NCBI GenBank assembly: GCA_964352675.1
Contig: CAYGSN010000004.1
Span: forward strand, 51,844 to 115,843
Length of the DNA: 64,000 nucleotides
Source: an uncultured Pseudobdellovibrionaceae bacterium
Lineage (GTDB): Bacteria > Pseudomonadota > Alphaproteobacteria > Micavibrionales > Micavibrionaceae
Direction of reading: 5' to 3'
Made by a program: the position numbers and the translations under genes. Positions 39,466-48,615 of this stretch are shown one piece after another; position 1 is the first letter of the stretch, and every line of letters begins with the position of its first letter. The notes below the pieces were generated by a model that had not been told where the DNA came from, did not search any database, and saw nothing but the letters and a program-made list of their open reading frames with translations.

Positions 39466-40182
39466 ATGAACATCCATCGCGCCCATTTTCTAAACAATCA
39501 ATCCGGTAACGCCCTGATTGTTATCCTTATGGGGATTGTGCTGTTTTCTGCACTCAGCTTTGCCATCGGCAACATGCTGCGTGGCGATGCCAACACCAAT
39601 GTGATTTCCGAACAAACCACACAGTTAAAAGTCGATGCAATCCTGGACTATACCCGGGCCTTGCGCCAAGCTGTTCAGGCGCTGAAGATCTCCGGCTGCG
39701 ATGAGAGCGATATCAGCTTCACCGTCACCGGTTCCGATGGGTACGAACATACGCCGCCCGCGCCAGATCGCTGCAAGGTGTTCCACCTCAGCGGCGGTGG
39801 AATGAATTATGTGGCTCCGCCCATCGAAGGGCTGGAATGGTTTTTTGGAACCTTTGCAGAAGTGCGGGATATCGGCACGACATGCACAAACAGCAGCTGC
39901 GCCGAATTATTCGTCTATCTGATTTTGAATGACGATCAACAATCAATTTGTCATGCGCTGAATGAAAAACTTGGAGTGCCTCTAAACATCAGCGCCGGTG
40001 CGATACCCAATGGAATCGCAGCATCGGCAAAATTCACGGGCACCTATATCCGCACCACCCGGATTGGACAAGGTGCGGTAGGCGCGAATGCACTACGCGG
40101 AAAATATGCGGGCTGCATGACTCAAACGCTTGCACCCGCCACAGTCACTTACGTATTTTACCAGGTGTTGCTGGCGCGGTAA
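39466..40182 (+). CDS. pilin-like hypothetical secreted protein (paralog of 46227..46931)
   Basis: N-terminal NQSGNALIVILMGIVLFSALSFAI hydrophobic helix with no Glu at +5. Shares ESDI-x-F, F-x-x-SGG, QQ-x-x-C-x-x-(L/I)N-x-x-(L/N)G-x-P and the C-terminal Y-x-FY-x-VL(L/M)AR-stop with the second copy. Confidence 0.6.
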   Translation: MNIHRAHFLNNQSGNALIVILMGIVLFSALSFAIGNMLRGDANTNVISEQTTQLKVDAILDYTRALRQAVQALKISGCDESDISFTVTGSDGYEHTPPAPDRCKVFHLSGGGMNYVAPPIEGLEWFFGTFAEVRDIGTTCTNSSCAELFVYLILNDDQQSICHALNEKLGVPLNISAGAIPNGIAASAKFTGTYIRTTRIGQGAVGANALRGKYAGCMTQTLAPATVTYVFYQVLLAR

Positions 40183-40188
40183 TGAAGA

Positions 40189-42501
40189 CTAATCTTCCAC
40201 TTTTTCTTCTGCGGCCGATTCCGACGGTTTTCTGGATTTGTGGGCTTTTGTATCAAACGTGAATTCACCGTCTTTGTAATCCACCTTCACCAAGCCACCT
40301 TTCTCGAGCTTTCCGAATAAAATTTCTTCCGCCAGCGGGCGTTTGATGCGCTCCTGGATGATACGGCCCAGCGGGCGCGCACCCATCGCGGGATCATAGC
40401 CAAGAATGGCCAATTCCTTACGCGCTTTTTCCGACAGCTCAATAGTGACATTTTTATCGGCAAGCTGGCCTTCCAGCTGGATAACGAATTTATCGACAAC
40501 CTTCTCAACCGTTTGCGGGGAAAGGTTTTTAAACGGCACAATCGCATCCAGACGGTTACGGAATTCCGGCGCGAACATCTTTGTAATCGCTTCGTTATCG
40601 GCGTAGCTCGCGCCGTCGTCACCAATTTCACGGCCAAACCCGATCGGCGTTTTCGCCAGATCCGACGCGCCCGCATTCGTGGTCATGATCAAAACCACAT
40701 TTCGGAAATCAATCGACTTTCCGTTATTATCCGTCAACTTGCCGTAGTCCATGACCTGCAGCAAAATATTGAATAAATCCGGATGCGCCTTTTCAATCTC
40801 ATCAAGCAGCAAGACACAATGCGGATGCTGGTCAATTTTATCGGTCATCAGCCCGCCCTGTTCAAAGCCGACATAGCCGGGCGGCGTTCCGATCAAGCGG
40901 CTCACGGAATGCCGCTCCATATATTCCGACATATCAAAACGGATCAGCTCAATCCCCATTGTCTTGGAGAGCTGGCGCGCCACTTCGGTTTTACCGACAC
41001 CGGTCGGGCCGGAGAAAAGATACGATCCAATCGGCTTTTCTGCATCGCGCAAACCGGCGCGCGCCATCTTAATCGAATCCACCAGCATGTCGATCGCCTT
41101 GTCCTGATCGTACACCATGGTCTTCAGGTCACGCTCCAGATTTTGCAGTGCTTCTTTATCATTCTTGGTCATAGTGGCGGCCGGAATTCGGGCAATCGCC
41201 GCAACAACGCCTTCAATATCTTCGCGGTCAATCAAGGTCTTGCGCTCATCTTCGGGCACCAGCATCTGCGCCGCGCCAACCTCATCAATAATATCAATTG
41301 CCTTATCGGGCAGCTTGCGATCACCCATATATTTATCCGACAGTTTGACCGCTGCGACAATCGCCTCATCGGTATATTCAATATTATGATGCTTCTCGTA
41401 GTAAGGCTTCAGGCCGCGCAGGATTTCGATTGCATCGTCGATACTCGGCTCATAGACATCAATTTTCTGGAAGCGACGAACCAGCGCGCGGTCCTTCTCA
41501 AAATAATTGCGGTATTCTTTATAAGTTGTCGAACCGATACAGCGCAAAGCCCCACTGGACAAAGCCGGCTTGAGCAGGTTTGAAGCATCCATCGCTCCAC
41601 CGGATGTGGCACCCGCACCAATCACCGTATGAATCTCATCGATGAAAAGAACGGAGCCATCAATATTTTCAACCTCCTGCAAAACCGCCTTGATTCGCTC
41701 TTCAAAGTCTCCACGGTAGCGTGTTCCAGCCAGAAGCGAACCCATATCCAGAGAGAAAATTATGCTGTCTTTCAGAACATCCGGCACATCGCCATCAACA
41801 ATTTTTTTCGCCAGACCTTCGGCAATTGCGGTTTTTCCAACGCCCGGATCACCGACATAAAGCGGGTTGTTTTTGGAACGGCGACACAGAATCTGTATCG
41901 TGCGGTCCACCTCTTTCTGACGGCCAATCAGGGGATCGATTTTCCCCTCTTTGGCTTTTTCGTTCAAATTCACACAATAGGCATCCAGCGCCTCGGATCC
42001 GGTTTTGATCTTCTTCTCATCGGCCTCATCCGTACCACGCGCAACTTTAGAACTGTCGTCCTGCGTCGGCACCTTGGCAATGCCGTGAGAAATATAATTC
42101 ACAGCATCAAAGCGAGTCATATCCTGTTCCTGCAGGAAAAATACCGCATGGCTTTCCCGCTCCGAAAACAGCGCAACCAGCACATTAGCCCCCGTTACTT
42201 CTTCACGGCCCGAGGATTGCACATGAATGGCTGCACGCTGCAACACACGCTGGAAAGCCGTCGTTGGCTTGGCCTCTTCGGCATCCTGGTTGGTCAGATA
42301 GGTCAGTTCGTTGCTGATATAGGTTTCCAGTTGATCCTGCAAATCCGGCAGAGAAATACCGCAGGAACGCAGCACCGCCATCGCATCCTGATCTTCGGTC
42401 AGGGCCAAGAGGAGATGTTCCAGCGTGGCATATTCGTGGGTGCGCTCTGTGGCAATCGCCAAAGCACGGTGGAGCGTTTGCTCAAGATTTCTAGATAACA
42501 T
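40189..42501 (-). CDS. clpA: ATP-dependent Clp protease ATP-binding subunit ClpA
   Basis: 770 aa with two AAA+ modules (GDPGVGKT and GPTGVGKTE Walker A). Clp N-domain. Immediately downstream of clpS. Confidence 0.97.
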   Translation of the reverse strand: MLSRNLEQTLHRALAIATERTHEYATLEHLLLALTEDQDAMAVLRSCGISLPDLQDQLETYISNELTYLTNQDAEEAKPTTAFQRVLQRAAIHVQSSGREEVTGANVLVALFSERESHAVFFLQEQDMTRFDAVNYISHGIAKVPTQDDSSKVARGTDEADEKKIKTGSEALDAYCVNLNEKAKEGKIDPLIGRQKEVDRTIQILCRRSKNNPLYVGDPGVGKTAIAEGLAKKIVDGDVPDVLKDSIIFSLDMGSLLAGTRYRGDFEERIKAVLQEVENIDGSVLFIDEIHTVIGAGATSGGAMDASNLLKPALSSGALRCIGSTTYKEYRNYFEKDRALVRRFQKIDVYEPSIDDAIEILRGLKPYYEKHHNIEYTDEAIVAAVKLSDKYMGDRKLPDKAIDIIDEVGAAQMLVPEDERKTLIDREDIEGVVAAIARIPAATMTKNDKEALQNLERDLKTMVYDQDKAIDMLVDSIKMARAGLRDAEKPIGSYLFSGPTGVGKTEVARQLSKTMGIELIRFDMSEYMERHSVSRLIGTPPGYVGFEQGGLMTDKIDQHPHCVLLLDEIEKAHPDLFNILLQVMDYGKLTDNNGKSIDFRNVVLIMTTNAGASDLAKTPIGFGREIGDDGASYADNEAITKMFAPEFRNRLDAIVPFKNLSPQTVEKVVDKFVIQLEGQLADKNVTIELSEKARKELAILGYDPAMGARPLGRIIQERIKRPLAEEILFGKLEKGGLVKVDYKDGEFTFDTKAHKSRKPSESAAEEKVED

Positions 42502-42894
42502 CTACTCTTTTTCCATTGTGCATTGAAGGGGTTGTTCATTCGCGCGTGCGAAATCCATCACCTGTGCCACCTTGGTTTCGGCAATTTCATGGGTAAAAAC
42601 ACCGCACAGCCCGACACCACGTCGATGCACATGCAGCATAATATCGGTGGCTTCCTGACGGTTTTTACTGAAGAACCGCTCCAGAACATGCACGACAAAC
42701 TCCATCGGCGTATAATCGTCATTAAGCAAAAGCACCTTGTACATAGAGGGCTTTTTGGTCTTTGGCCGTGTCTTAAGCATGATCCCGGTTTCGGTCTGCC
42801 CGTCTCCGTCATCCGCATGACCGTCATCGCCGCCCTCGCTCATCACCGCGGGATACATTCTCTCATCTATTTCAACATACTGAATTTTTAACAT
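42502..42894 (-). CDS. clpS: ATP-dependent Clp protease adaptor ClpS
   Basis: Core [21 protein letters not shown]...[27 protein letters not shown]. The N-terminal extent is uncertain, with alternative ATGs at residues 13 and 18. Confidence 0.9.
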   Translation of the reverse strand: MLKIQYVEIDERMYPAVMSEGGDDGHADDGDGQTETGIMLKTRPKTKKPSMYKVLLLNDDYTPMEFVVHVLERFFSKNRQEATDIMLHVHRRGVGLCGVFTHEIAETKVAQVMDFARANEQPLQCTMEKE

Positions 42895-43032
42895 TCTGTC
42901 CTAAGCCGCTTTCCTGATATTCAAATCTATAAGCATCACCGTTAAAATAGCATTTCGGAGCATAATATCAATTTTATCAGGAATTAAACGGTTTGAAAAA
43001 ACAAATCTGCGAATTTATGGCGATATAATGGA

Positions 43033-43740
43033 TTATGCCGCAGGCGGTGAGCCGACGCCCTTTGACGGATTGCGGCCCATTCCATGCGCACTGTTCCACA
43101 CATCCCGGTCAAGAGCGTAAATAAAATCGCATCCCTGCAACGCCCCCTGCGCAACACGCGTCTCTATTTTCTCACTCAGGGTGCTTCTGCTCCAGCTCTG
43201 AGAATCCATCAGGATCGTTTCCAGTGTTTCATGGGCCACATCCAGAGAATGAAAAACTTGAAAAACAAAGGGACTATCATTAGATGCTTTTTGAAAAATA
43301 GCCTGGTAGAAGGGCTTGGGCGGCGCCGGGGCAGCCTCGTCAAATCCCAAAATTATGCTGAAATTCTTACGGGTGATATCGATCACCGCCATAAGATCCA
43401 TAGAAGCATTAATTGCCGCTTGCAGCCTTCTGTTCGGCGGGAGATATTCGAGCTGAACCAGCTTCCCGGATTGTTTGACGATACCGTCCCAGAAGCTATG
43501 CGCCAGGGCCTCCGGCAAATCTTCCGGCTTGTATTCCTCTCCGGACCTGAGGTTAAGACTCCCACGCAAAGAGGGGGAGGAATGATCGCGGATAATATTC
43601 ACATGTCTGCTTGTAAAGGGAAGCGCTTCAAGAACCGTTTTGACCGGAGGATCCGTTTGCATGCGCAGGTCAGAAAGCCAGACCAATCGCTCCGCAAGCG
43701 TTCTTAACTCTCCAAGAAAACCCTGATCAGAACCCTCCAT
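43033..43740 (-). CDS. hypothetical protein
   Basis: 235 aa from ATG 43740 (MEGSDQGFLGEL), with GGAGAG 4 nt upstream. The longer ORF-track start would run through the phasin terminator. No motif recognised. Confidence 0.5.
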   Translation of the reverse strand: MEGSDQGFLGELRTLAERLVWLSDLRMQTDPPVKTVLEALPFTSRHVNIIRDHSSPSLRGSLNLRSGEEYKPEDLPEALAHSFWDGIVKQSGKLVQLEYLPPNRRLQAAINASMDLMAVIDITRKNFSIILGFDEAAPAPPKPFYQAIFQKASNDSPFVFQVFHSLDVAHETLETILMDSQSWSRSTLSEKIETRVAQGALQGCDFIYALDRDVWNSAHGMGRNPSKGVGSPPAA

Positions 43741-43803
43741 TTTACTCTCCAAAAGCAAGTGAATTATATTATGAATAGTAGAGCAAGACGGTAAAGATAA
43801 CAA

Positions 43804-43840
43804 CAAAAAAGCCCCGCGCCATACACAGGCAAGCGCGGAG
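43804..43840 (-). terminator. rho-independent terminator of the phasin gene
   Basis: Reverse strand reads CTCCGCGC-ttgcctgtgtatg-GCGCGGGG followed by CTTTTTTGTTG, 30 nt after the phasin stop. Confidence 0.75.
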
Positions 43841-43870
43841 CTTCTTAAAAAAAGTAAATAGGCTGTATTT

Positions 43871-44518
43871 TTAAGCGGCCATCGACTCGCTGGCCTTACG
43901 GATGGTTTTATTCATCTGCTCATTCAGAGGCTCTGCCGCCTCGGTCAGCAGTTTTACGCCCATCTCGGAAATCTTGGTCGCGCTCTGCAGAAAGTCATCG
44001 TAATTTGCCTGCGCAATTTTACTCTGAGTTTCAGTGAACTCATGCAGACTTTTGCTGCTCATCACTTCTTTGGCCAAGCGCGTCTGTTTTTCGGTCGCAC
44101 TCTGGGCCAAGGTCATTGACGTGCGCATCAGGTCTTCAAAACCTTTGGCGAAAATCGTACCGGATTTCACAAACGCTTCCATGCTTTCACGTCCGATATC
44201 GGCTGCATCCTGTGTCAATTGGTCCATTTGTTTTTTACTCTTGCTCATCATATCCTCCATGGATTTCGGGTTAAGTTGTGGCGGTGTTAAAAGTTTTGTC
44301 TCAAGTCCTTGAAAGGGAAACACATTTGAAGTCGTTTTCGATGGCGCGACCTTACGCACAATGGATTCAGGCTTCGAAGACGTCGCTGTCTTTTTTGCTG
44401 CTGTTTTTGCAGGAGAGGTCTTCCGTTTTGTACGGCTTGCAGATGACTTGGTCGCAGGCTTTTTCGTCCGCGTGGTTTTTGCTTTCGTTGCCGTTGTTTT
44501 TTTCTTTGTTTGCGCCAT
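43871..44518 (-). CDS. phaP: phasin family protein with Lys/Ala/Thr-rich histone-H1-like N-terminal extension
   Basis: The C-terminal ~135 aa fit the phasin_2 pattern (MEAFVKSGTIFAKGFEDLMRTSMTLAQS...LHEFTETQSKIAQANYDDF). The N-terminal ~55 aa are KKTTATKAKTTRTKKPATKSSASRTKRKTSPAKTAAKKTA. Confidence 0.75.
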   Translation of the reverse strand: MAQTKKKTTATKAKTTRTKKPATKSSASRTKRKTSPAKTAAKKTATSSKPESIVRKVAPSKTTSNVFPFQGLETKLLTPPQLNPKSMEDMMSKSKKQMDQLTQDAADIGRESMEAFVKSGTIFAKGFEDLMRTSMTLAQSATEKQTRLAKEVMSSKSLHEFTETQSKIAQANYDDFLQSATKISEMGVKLLTEAAEPLNEQMNKTIRKASESMAA

Positions 44519-44542
44519 TTTTATCCTCTTTTATGTTGCTTG

Positions 44543-44640
44543 CTTGCAGGCAAGGAATTATGTTTTTTGCACTGCACAATAATTATAGTTCTAACATGAA
44601 AATGAAGCGCGCGTCAAGACATTTTTGCTGCACTGCACAA
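44543..44640. promoter_or_regulatory. TGC-rich repeated elements upstream of the phasin gene (candidate PhaR-type operators)
   Basis: Palindrome CTTGCAGGCAAG (44543-44554). Two exact direct copies of TGCACTGCACAA (44568-44579 and 44629-44640), each preceded by a T-run. All lie within 125 nt upstream of the phasin ATG. Confidence 0.45.
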
Positions 44641-44770
44641 AAAACTTTTATAAGAAAATCCTCAGGATTTTTTCCTAATTTTGTGGTATAATTATAAATG
44701 TGCGTGCGAATAGGTTAGTCTAAAAGAAAAAACTCCATAATCCGCTTCTTCTTAAAGGAAAAATTTCACG

Positions 44771-46210
44771 ATGCATTGGGGCCAAACTCATTGTTTTGAA
44801 AAGAATTTTTATATTTTGACGTTTTTCAAGCTGCTGCTAGCTGCCGCCCTTGTGCTGGCATTCCTGCTCAGCCTCCAAAGCCCGGCCTCGGCGAAAGGCA
44901 ACCCGAAATACGCCTCGATCGTGATGGATGCCGATACAGGCATGATTTTACACCAGCGCTATGCGGATAAGTCTCTGCATCCGGCCTCCCTTACCAAAGT
45001 CATGACGCTTTTGATGGCCTTCGAAGCCATTGATCAGGGACGGCTAAGCACACGCGATCGCATTCGTATTTCCCGCCACGCTACCAATATGGTCCCCAGC
45101 AAACTGGATTTACCCTCCGGCTCCACCATCGCCGTGGAAGATGCGATTTACGCACTCGTTACGAAATCGGCCAATGATATTGCCGTGGCCATGGCCGAGC
45201 ACCTGGGCGGAACCGAAAGCAATTTCGCACGCATGATGACTCGCAAGGCGCATCAGCTTGGCATGAGCGGCACCATCTTCCGCAACGCCTCCGGTCTGCA
45301 TGACGACCGTCAGGTTACAACCGCGCGCGATATGGCGAAAATGGCGCATTACGTGATCACAAAATATCCGCGCTATTACGAATATTTCTCCACTGCGAAC
45401 TTCACTTATAACGGCAGGAGCTATCACAATCATAACCGGCTGATGAAAACCTACGCCGGGATGGACGGCATGAAAACGGGGTATGTACAGGCTTCGGGTT
45501 TTAATCTGATCGCATCGGCCGTGCGGAAAAATCGCCGCCTGATCGGCGTTGTTTTCGGCGGACGCAGCGCGGCCACGCGCAATGCGCATATGGCGACACT
45601 TTTGGATGAAGGTTTCGCAAAGATGGCCGATATCCGCGTCGCCAGTGCCAATGTTCCCGTTCCCGCGCGCAAACCTGCCGTAGCGGTCGCTCTGGCCGCT
45701 TTAAGCAATTTAAACGCCACCGCCCCGGCCAGCGGCAAAGACATTGTTGATGCAGAAGATGCGGGTGAACAAAAATGGGCCGCTCTCAACCCGGCCCTGG
45801 AAAGCGGAATGTTCGGCCGCCTGATCGGAGAAGGGGATTACGATCCGTCCGTTTCCAAACGCATTGAAACAGGCCTGCTTGCCATTTCCGCGCTAAAAGG
45901 CGAGACCCTTCCCAAAGGTCTAACAGAACCTCAAAATACCCCAAAAACCCCCAAAGCTCTGCGCCGTGAGGCAGCCTTTGCACCATGGTCGATTCAGATT
46001 GGCGCCTTCCTGAGCCGCGCCGCAACCGACACGGCCCTCAACACCACGATAGATAAATTGCCGCCACAATACCGTTTGGCCAGTCGCACAATTGCACCTT
46101 TGAAAACAAATGAAGGCTGGCTCTACCGCGCCCGTCTCAGCGGCTATTCAAAAACCGAAGCTTTCAAAGCCTGTAGTTATATCGATGAATGTATTCCGGT
46201 TGCCCCCTGA
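44771..46210 (+). CDS. serine-type D-Ala-D-Ala carboxypeptidase (PBP5/6-like, S11) with C-terminal SPOR domain
   Basis: Signal/TM segment. SLTK (SxxK), SAN (SxN) and KTG motifs. C-terminal WSIQIGAFLSRAATDTAL...GWLYRARLSGYSKTEAFKAC is SPOR-like. Confidence 0.85.
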   Translation: MHWGQTHCFEKNFYILTFFKLLLAAALVLAFLLSLQSPASAKGNPKYASIVMDADTGMILHQRYADKSLHPASLTKVMTLLMAFEAIDQGRLSTRDRIRISRHATNMVPSKLDLPSGSTIAVEDAIYALVTKSANDIAVAMAEHLGGTESNFARMMTRKAHQLGMSGTIFRNASGLHDDRQVTTARDMAKMAHYVITKYPRYYEYFSTANFTYNGRSYHNHNRLMKTYAGMDGMKTGYVQASGFNLIASAVRKNRRLIGVVFGGRSAATRNAHMATLLDEGFAKMADIRVASANVPVPARKPAVAVALAALSNLNATAPASGKDIVDAEDAGEQKWAALNPALESGMFGRLIGEGDYDPSVSKRIETGLLAISALKGETLPKGLTEPQNTPKTPKALRREAAFAPWSIQIGAFLSRAATDTALNTTIDKLPPQYRLASRTIAPLKTNEGWLYRARLSGYSKTEAFKACSYIDECIPVAP

Positions 46211-46226
46211 TACCGCCACAGTTCCA

Positions 46227-46931
46227 ATGACCACAACATCTCATCCGGAATCCGGCAATATGCTGTTTCTGATTTTGTTGGCTGTAGCGCTGATCGGGCT
46301 TCTGAGCGCGGCCGTGCTGAGCACCAGCGACACCGAAGGCTCGAACATCGACAATGAAACACTCATTATCCGCACCTCGGAAGTGCAGCGCTTTGTATCG
46401 GAGATGGAGCGCGGGGTGCTGTACATCATTCAGAACGGCTATAGCGAAAGCGACATACGTTTCGCCCATCCCGATGCCCCATCAACCTATGGCGATTTGT
46501 CCGCCGATGCCGATCCGGCCGACCAGCTTTTCTCCCCCAGCGGCGGAGCGGCAGAATACAGAGGTGTCCCTTCCGGCATCAACGATGGTAGCGACTGGGA
46601 ATTCTATGGCGGCACAGCAGCGCCTGGAGTTGGCTCGGAAAGAGCGGACCTGCTTGCCGTTCTGCCCAATATCACCCAACAATTTTGTGAACGCATCAAT
46701 ACGTTGAACGGCCAGCCAACGGCCACACCACCCGATGATCCGGCCACTTGTTTTTACAGCGGATCGACAGGACGCTTTAACGATTCAACACAATTCGCCT
46801 CCTCTCCCAATACGATGGATGAAACAACATTTACCCAGGACTCAACGATTACGGCGGCACGCGGCGCAATGCAAGCCTGCGTCACCTGTGGCACAGACTA
46901 TCATTTTTATCATGTATTGATGGCGCGTTAG
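46227..46931 (+). CDS. pilin-like hypothetical secreted protein (paralog of 39466..40182)
   Basis: ATG at 46227, 17 nt after the carboxypeptidase stop (the ORF-track start at 46110 lies inside that gene). N-terminal ESGNMLFLILLAVALIGLLSAAVL. Shared family motifs and the YHFYHVLMAR C-terminus. Confidence 0.6.
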   Translation: MTTTSHPESGNMLFLILLAVALIGLLSAAVLSTSDTEGSNIDNETLIIRTSEVQRFVSEMERGVLYIIQNGYSESDIRFAHPDAPSTYGDLSADADPADQLFSPSGGAAEYRGVPSGINDGSDWEFYGGTAAPGVGSERADLLAVLPNITQQFCERINTLNGQPTATPPDDPATCFYSGSTGRFNDSTQFASSPNTMDETTFTQDSTITAARGAMQACVTCGTDYHFYHVLMAR

Positions 46932-47536
46932 TTGTTGGGCGGATCAGGTTCCAAACGAATGATCCGTGTTTCAGGCTTAGACATTTCGCGCAGATCTCCG
47001 CGCACCTCAAGCGTATAATCAAACCCGCCGACAAAGCGGCCGGTCTGCGTATCAACAAGACGCAGAGAAACATCCAGATCCTTGCGCGTACGCTCTCTAT
47101 ACGTGCCGGAAAGAATAAATCGCGGCTTGCGCTCTGCCTTATTAATGCCCTGCAGATAGACGCCATCCACCGCTTCACTCACCTCACTCATATCCACACT
47201 ATAGCCAAGTTGTGAGAGGCGCGTTCCCACCTGTTCGGGAATAACTTTTGCGATTGTGGTATAGATTTCCGGTTCTTCTATATCAGTCAGGGGCGAAGCC
47301 TTGATCACATCGCGATCCTTGCGCACAAAAGTCTCTGCCTGGTGGATCAGGTAATCCGCTGCCGCGTAGTTTTTCTCCACCAGATTGGTTCCGGGACGGG
47401 TAAAATAAGTATAAGCATCGCTTCCGGCCTTGCTCAATGCCGTTGTCACTGTTGCCTCACACCCTCCAACAAACAACACTGCGCAAAAACACACCAAAGG
47501 TAAACCCGCATATCTATAAGAATATTTTATACTCAC
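46928..47536 (-). CDS. putative lipoprotein (FlgO/LpoB-like pattern, weak)
   Basis: Lipobox LFVGGC. GTG at 47536 overlaps the stop of the upstream lipoprotein gene (GTGA). The ORF-track start at 47557 is also GTG. The later part (ILSGTY...LDVSLRLVDTQTGRFV) resembles FlgO-type domains. Confidence 0.5.
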   Translation of the reverse strand: MSIKYSYRYAGLPLVCFCAVLFVGGCEATVTTALSKAGSDAYTYFTRPGTNLVEKNYAAADYLIHQAETFVRKDRDVIKASPLTDIEEPEIYTTIAKVIPEQVGTRLSQLGYSVDMSEVSEAVDGVYLQGINKAERKPRFILSGTYRERTRKDLDVSLRLVDTQTGRFVGGFDYTLEVRGDLREMSKPETRIIRLEPDPPNN

Positions 47537-48132
47537 TGGTTCAAATCCCGATCCCACATTGAGTAATGATCATAACCGTATTCCGGCAACTTTGCCGCAC
47601 CGCGCAATTCGCCCAATGGCAACCCTTCGCGCTCAACCTCCAAAATCAAAACAAAATCCTGTAATACGCCGGGCACAACAGTACCATCTACCTGGCGAAC
47701 TTTTTTTGCTTTTGGAATTAAATTCACCACACCTTGCGGGTGATCGGCCAGATGATAGCCGCGCCTGCGGAACTCGTCGCGCAGCATATGATCATAGGTG
47801 GTAAAGAATGGCGTCTGGCCCGCGCGTTTTAACTCTCCGCTTTTTGGATCGAGCGGACGTTCATGCTGGCGAATGAAAACTTCTTTTTCAGCCAGCCTCA
47901 CATGGGATTCAAAATCATCAACCATGGTTTTAATCACATCGGCCCAGACATCCAGAACAGCCTGGTTTTCCACCGCGCTGTAATCATAGCCAATATCCGA
48001 TGCCTCCCCGCCGGGCGGTGATTTGTATCGTTTGTTGTGATGCTCATACCCGTCAGGCATAAAATTCGGCCCGTTAAAAGGGTGACAAGCGGCAAGAAAA
48101 ACCATCAAGGAAACAAAAGGGACAAAGCGCAT
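47533..48132 (-). CDS. hypothetical lipoprotein
   Basis: MRFVPFVSLMVFLAAC lipobox. 199 aa. No other motif. Confidence 0.55.
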   Translation of the reverse strand: MRFVPFVSLMVFLAACHPFNGPNFMPDGYEHHNKRYKSPPGGEASDIGYDYSAVENQAVLDVWADVIKTMVDDFESHVRLAEKEVFIRQHERPLDPKSGELKRAGQTPFFTTYDHMLRDEFRRRGYHLADHPQGVVNLIPKAKKVRQVDGTVVPGVLQDFVLILEVEREGLPLGELRGAAKLPEYGYDHYSMWDRDLNQ

Positions 48133-48223
48133 GGGGGACCTGTATATAAATCAAAGACAATACCGGCTTTGATTCTACCAAGACTTCGCTGGCAAATACA
48201 GCCCCTTGATAGACCAGGGAAGA

Positions 48224-48448
48224 TTATGCGCCCAGATGACCGGCTTTGCTGCGGCCCTGTTCACTCAGCCACAACAACAAACGGCCGGCATTCGGGCCGC
48301 AGGAGATCTTTTTAAAAGCCACATCGCCGGCCCGGATCGCCTGGCGCACAGGCTCTACCCCGTATTGGCGGGCAATATCCTCATAAAACTGCACAGCGTG
48401 CGGCGCACCGTAAAAACTCTCCAGCATATAAAAATCGGAAACAATCAT
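48224..48448 (-). CDS. small hypothetical protein (74 aa)
   Basis: ATG preceded by AAGGAG at 7 nt. No motif recognised. A Fur-like box lies upstream. Confidence 0.5.
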   Translation of the reverse strand: MIVSDFYMLESFYGAPHAVQFYEDIARQYGVEPVRQAIRAGDVAFKKISCGPNAGRLLLWLSEQGRSKAGHLGA

Positions 48449-48518
48449 GATACGGACTCCTTTGGATAAAGATTTAGAAAGAGCGCTAAGGGAAAAGCGC
48501 CGGATCGTTTCAAGGAAT

Positions 48519-48537
48519 GAAACTAATAATCATTCTC
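48519..48537. promoter_or_regulatory. candidate Fur box
   Basis: GAAACTAATAATCATTCTC matches the 19-nt consensus GATAATGATAATCATTATC at 15 of 19 positions. It lies 71-89 nt upstream of the 74-aa gene. Confidence 0.4.
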
Positions 48538-48615
48538 ATTTGGTGAGTAAAAAAAGTCAAGCCCAAAAATCAACATGAAGTATAAAAAGGAAGAAATCAC
48601 ACCATATATAGTATT

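Noticed and set aside
40783-42498. Two forward-strand ORFs of 266 and 289 aa
   Set aside because: Both are antisense to clpA. They are shadow frames of a strongly conserved gene.
47530-47560. GGTTCAAATCC string resembling a tRNA T-arm
   Set aside because: The flanking bases do not form a T-stem (actgG/Cccga), and no acceptor, D or anticodon arms can be built. The string lies in the overlap of two lipoprotein genes. No tRNA was found anywhere in the window.
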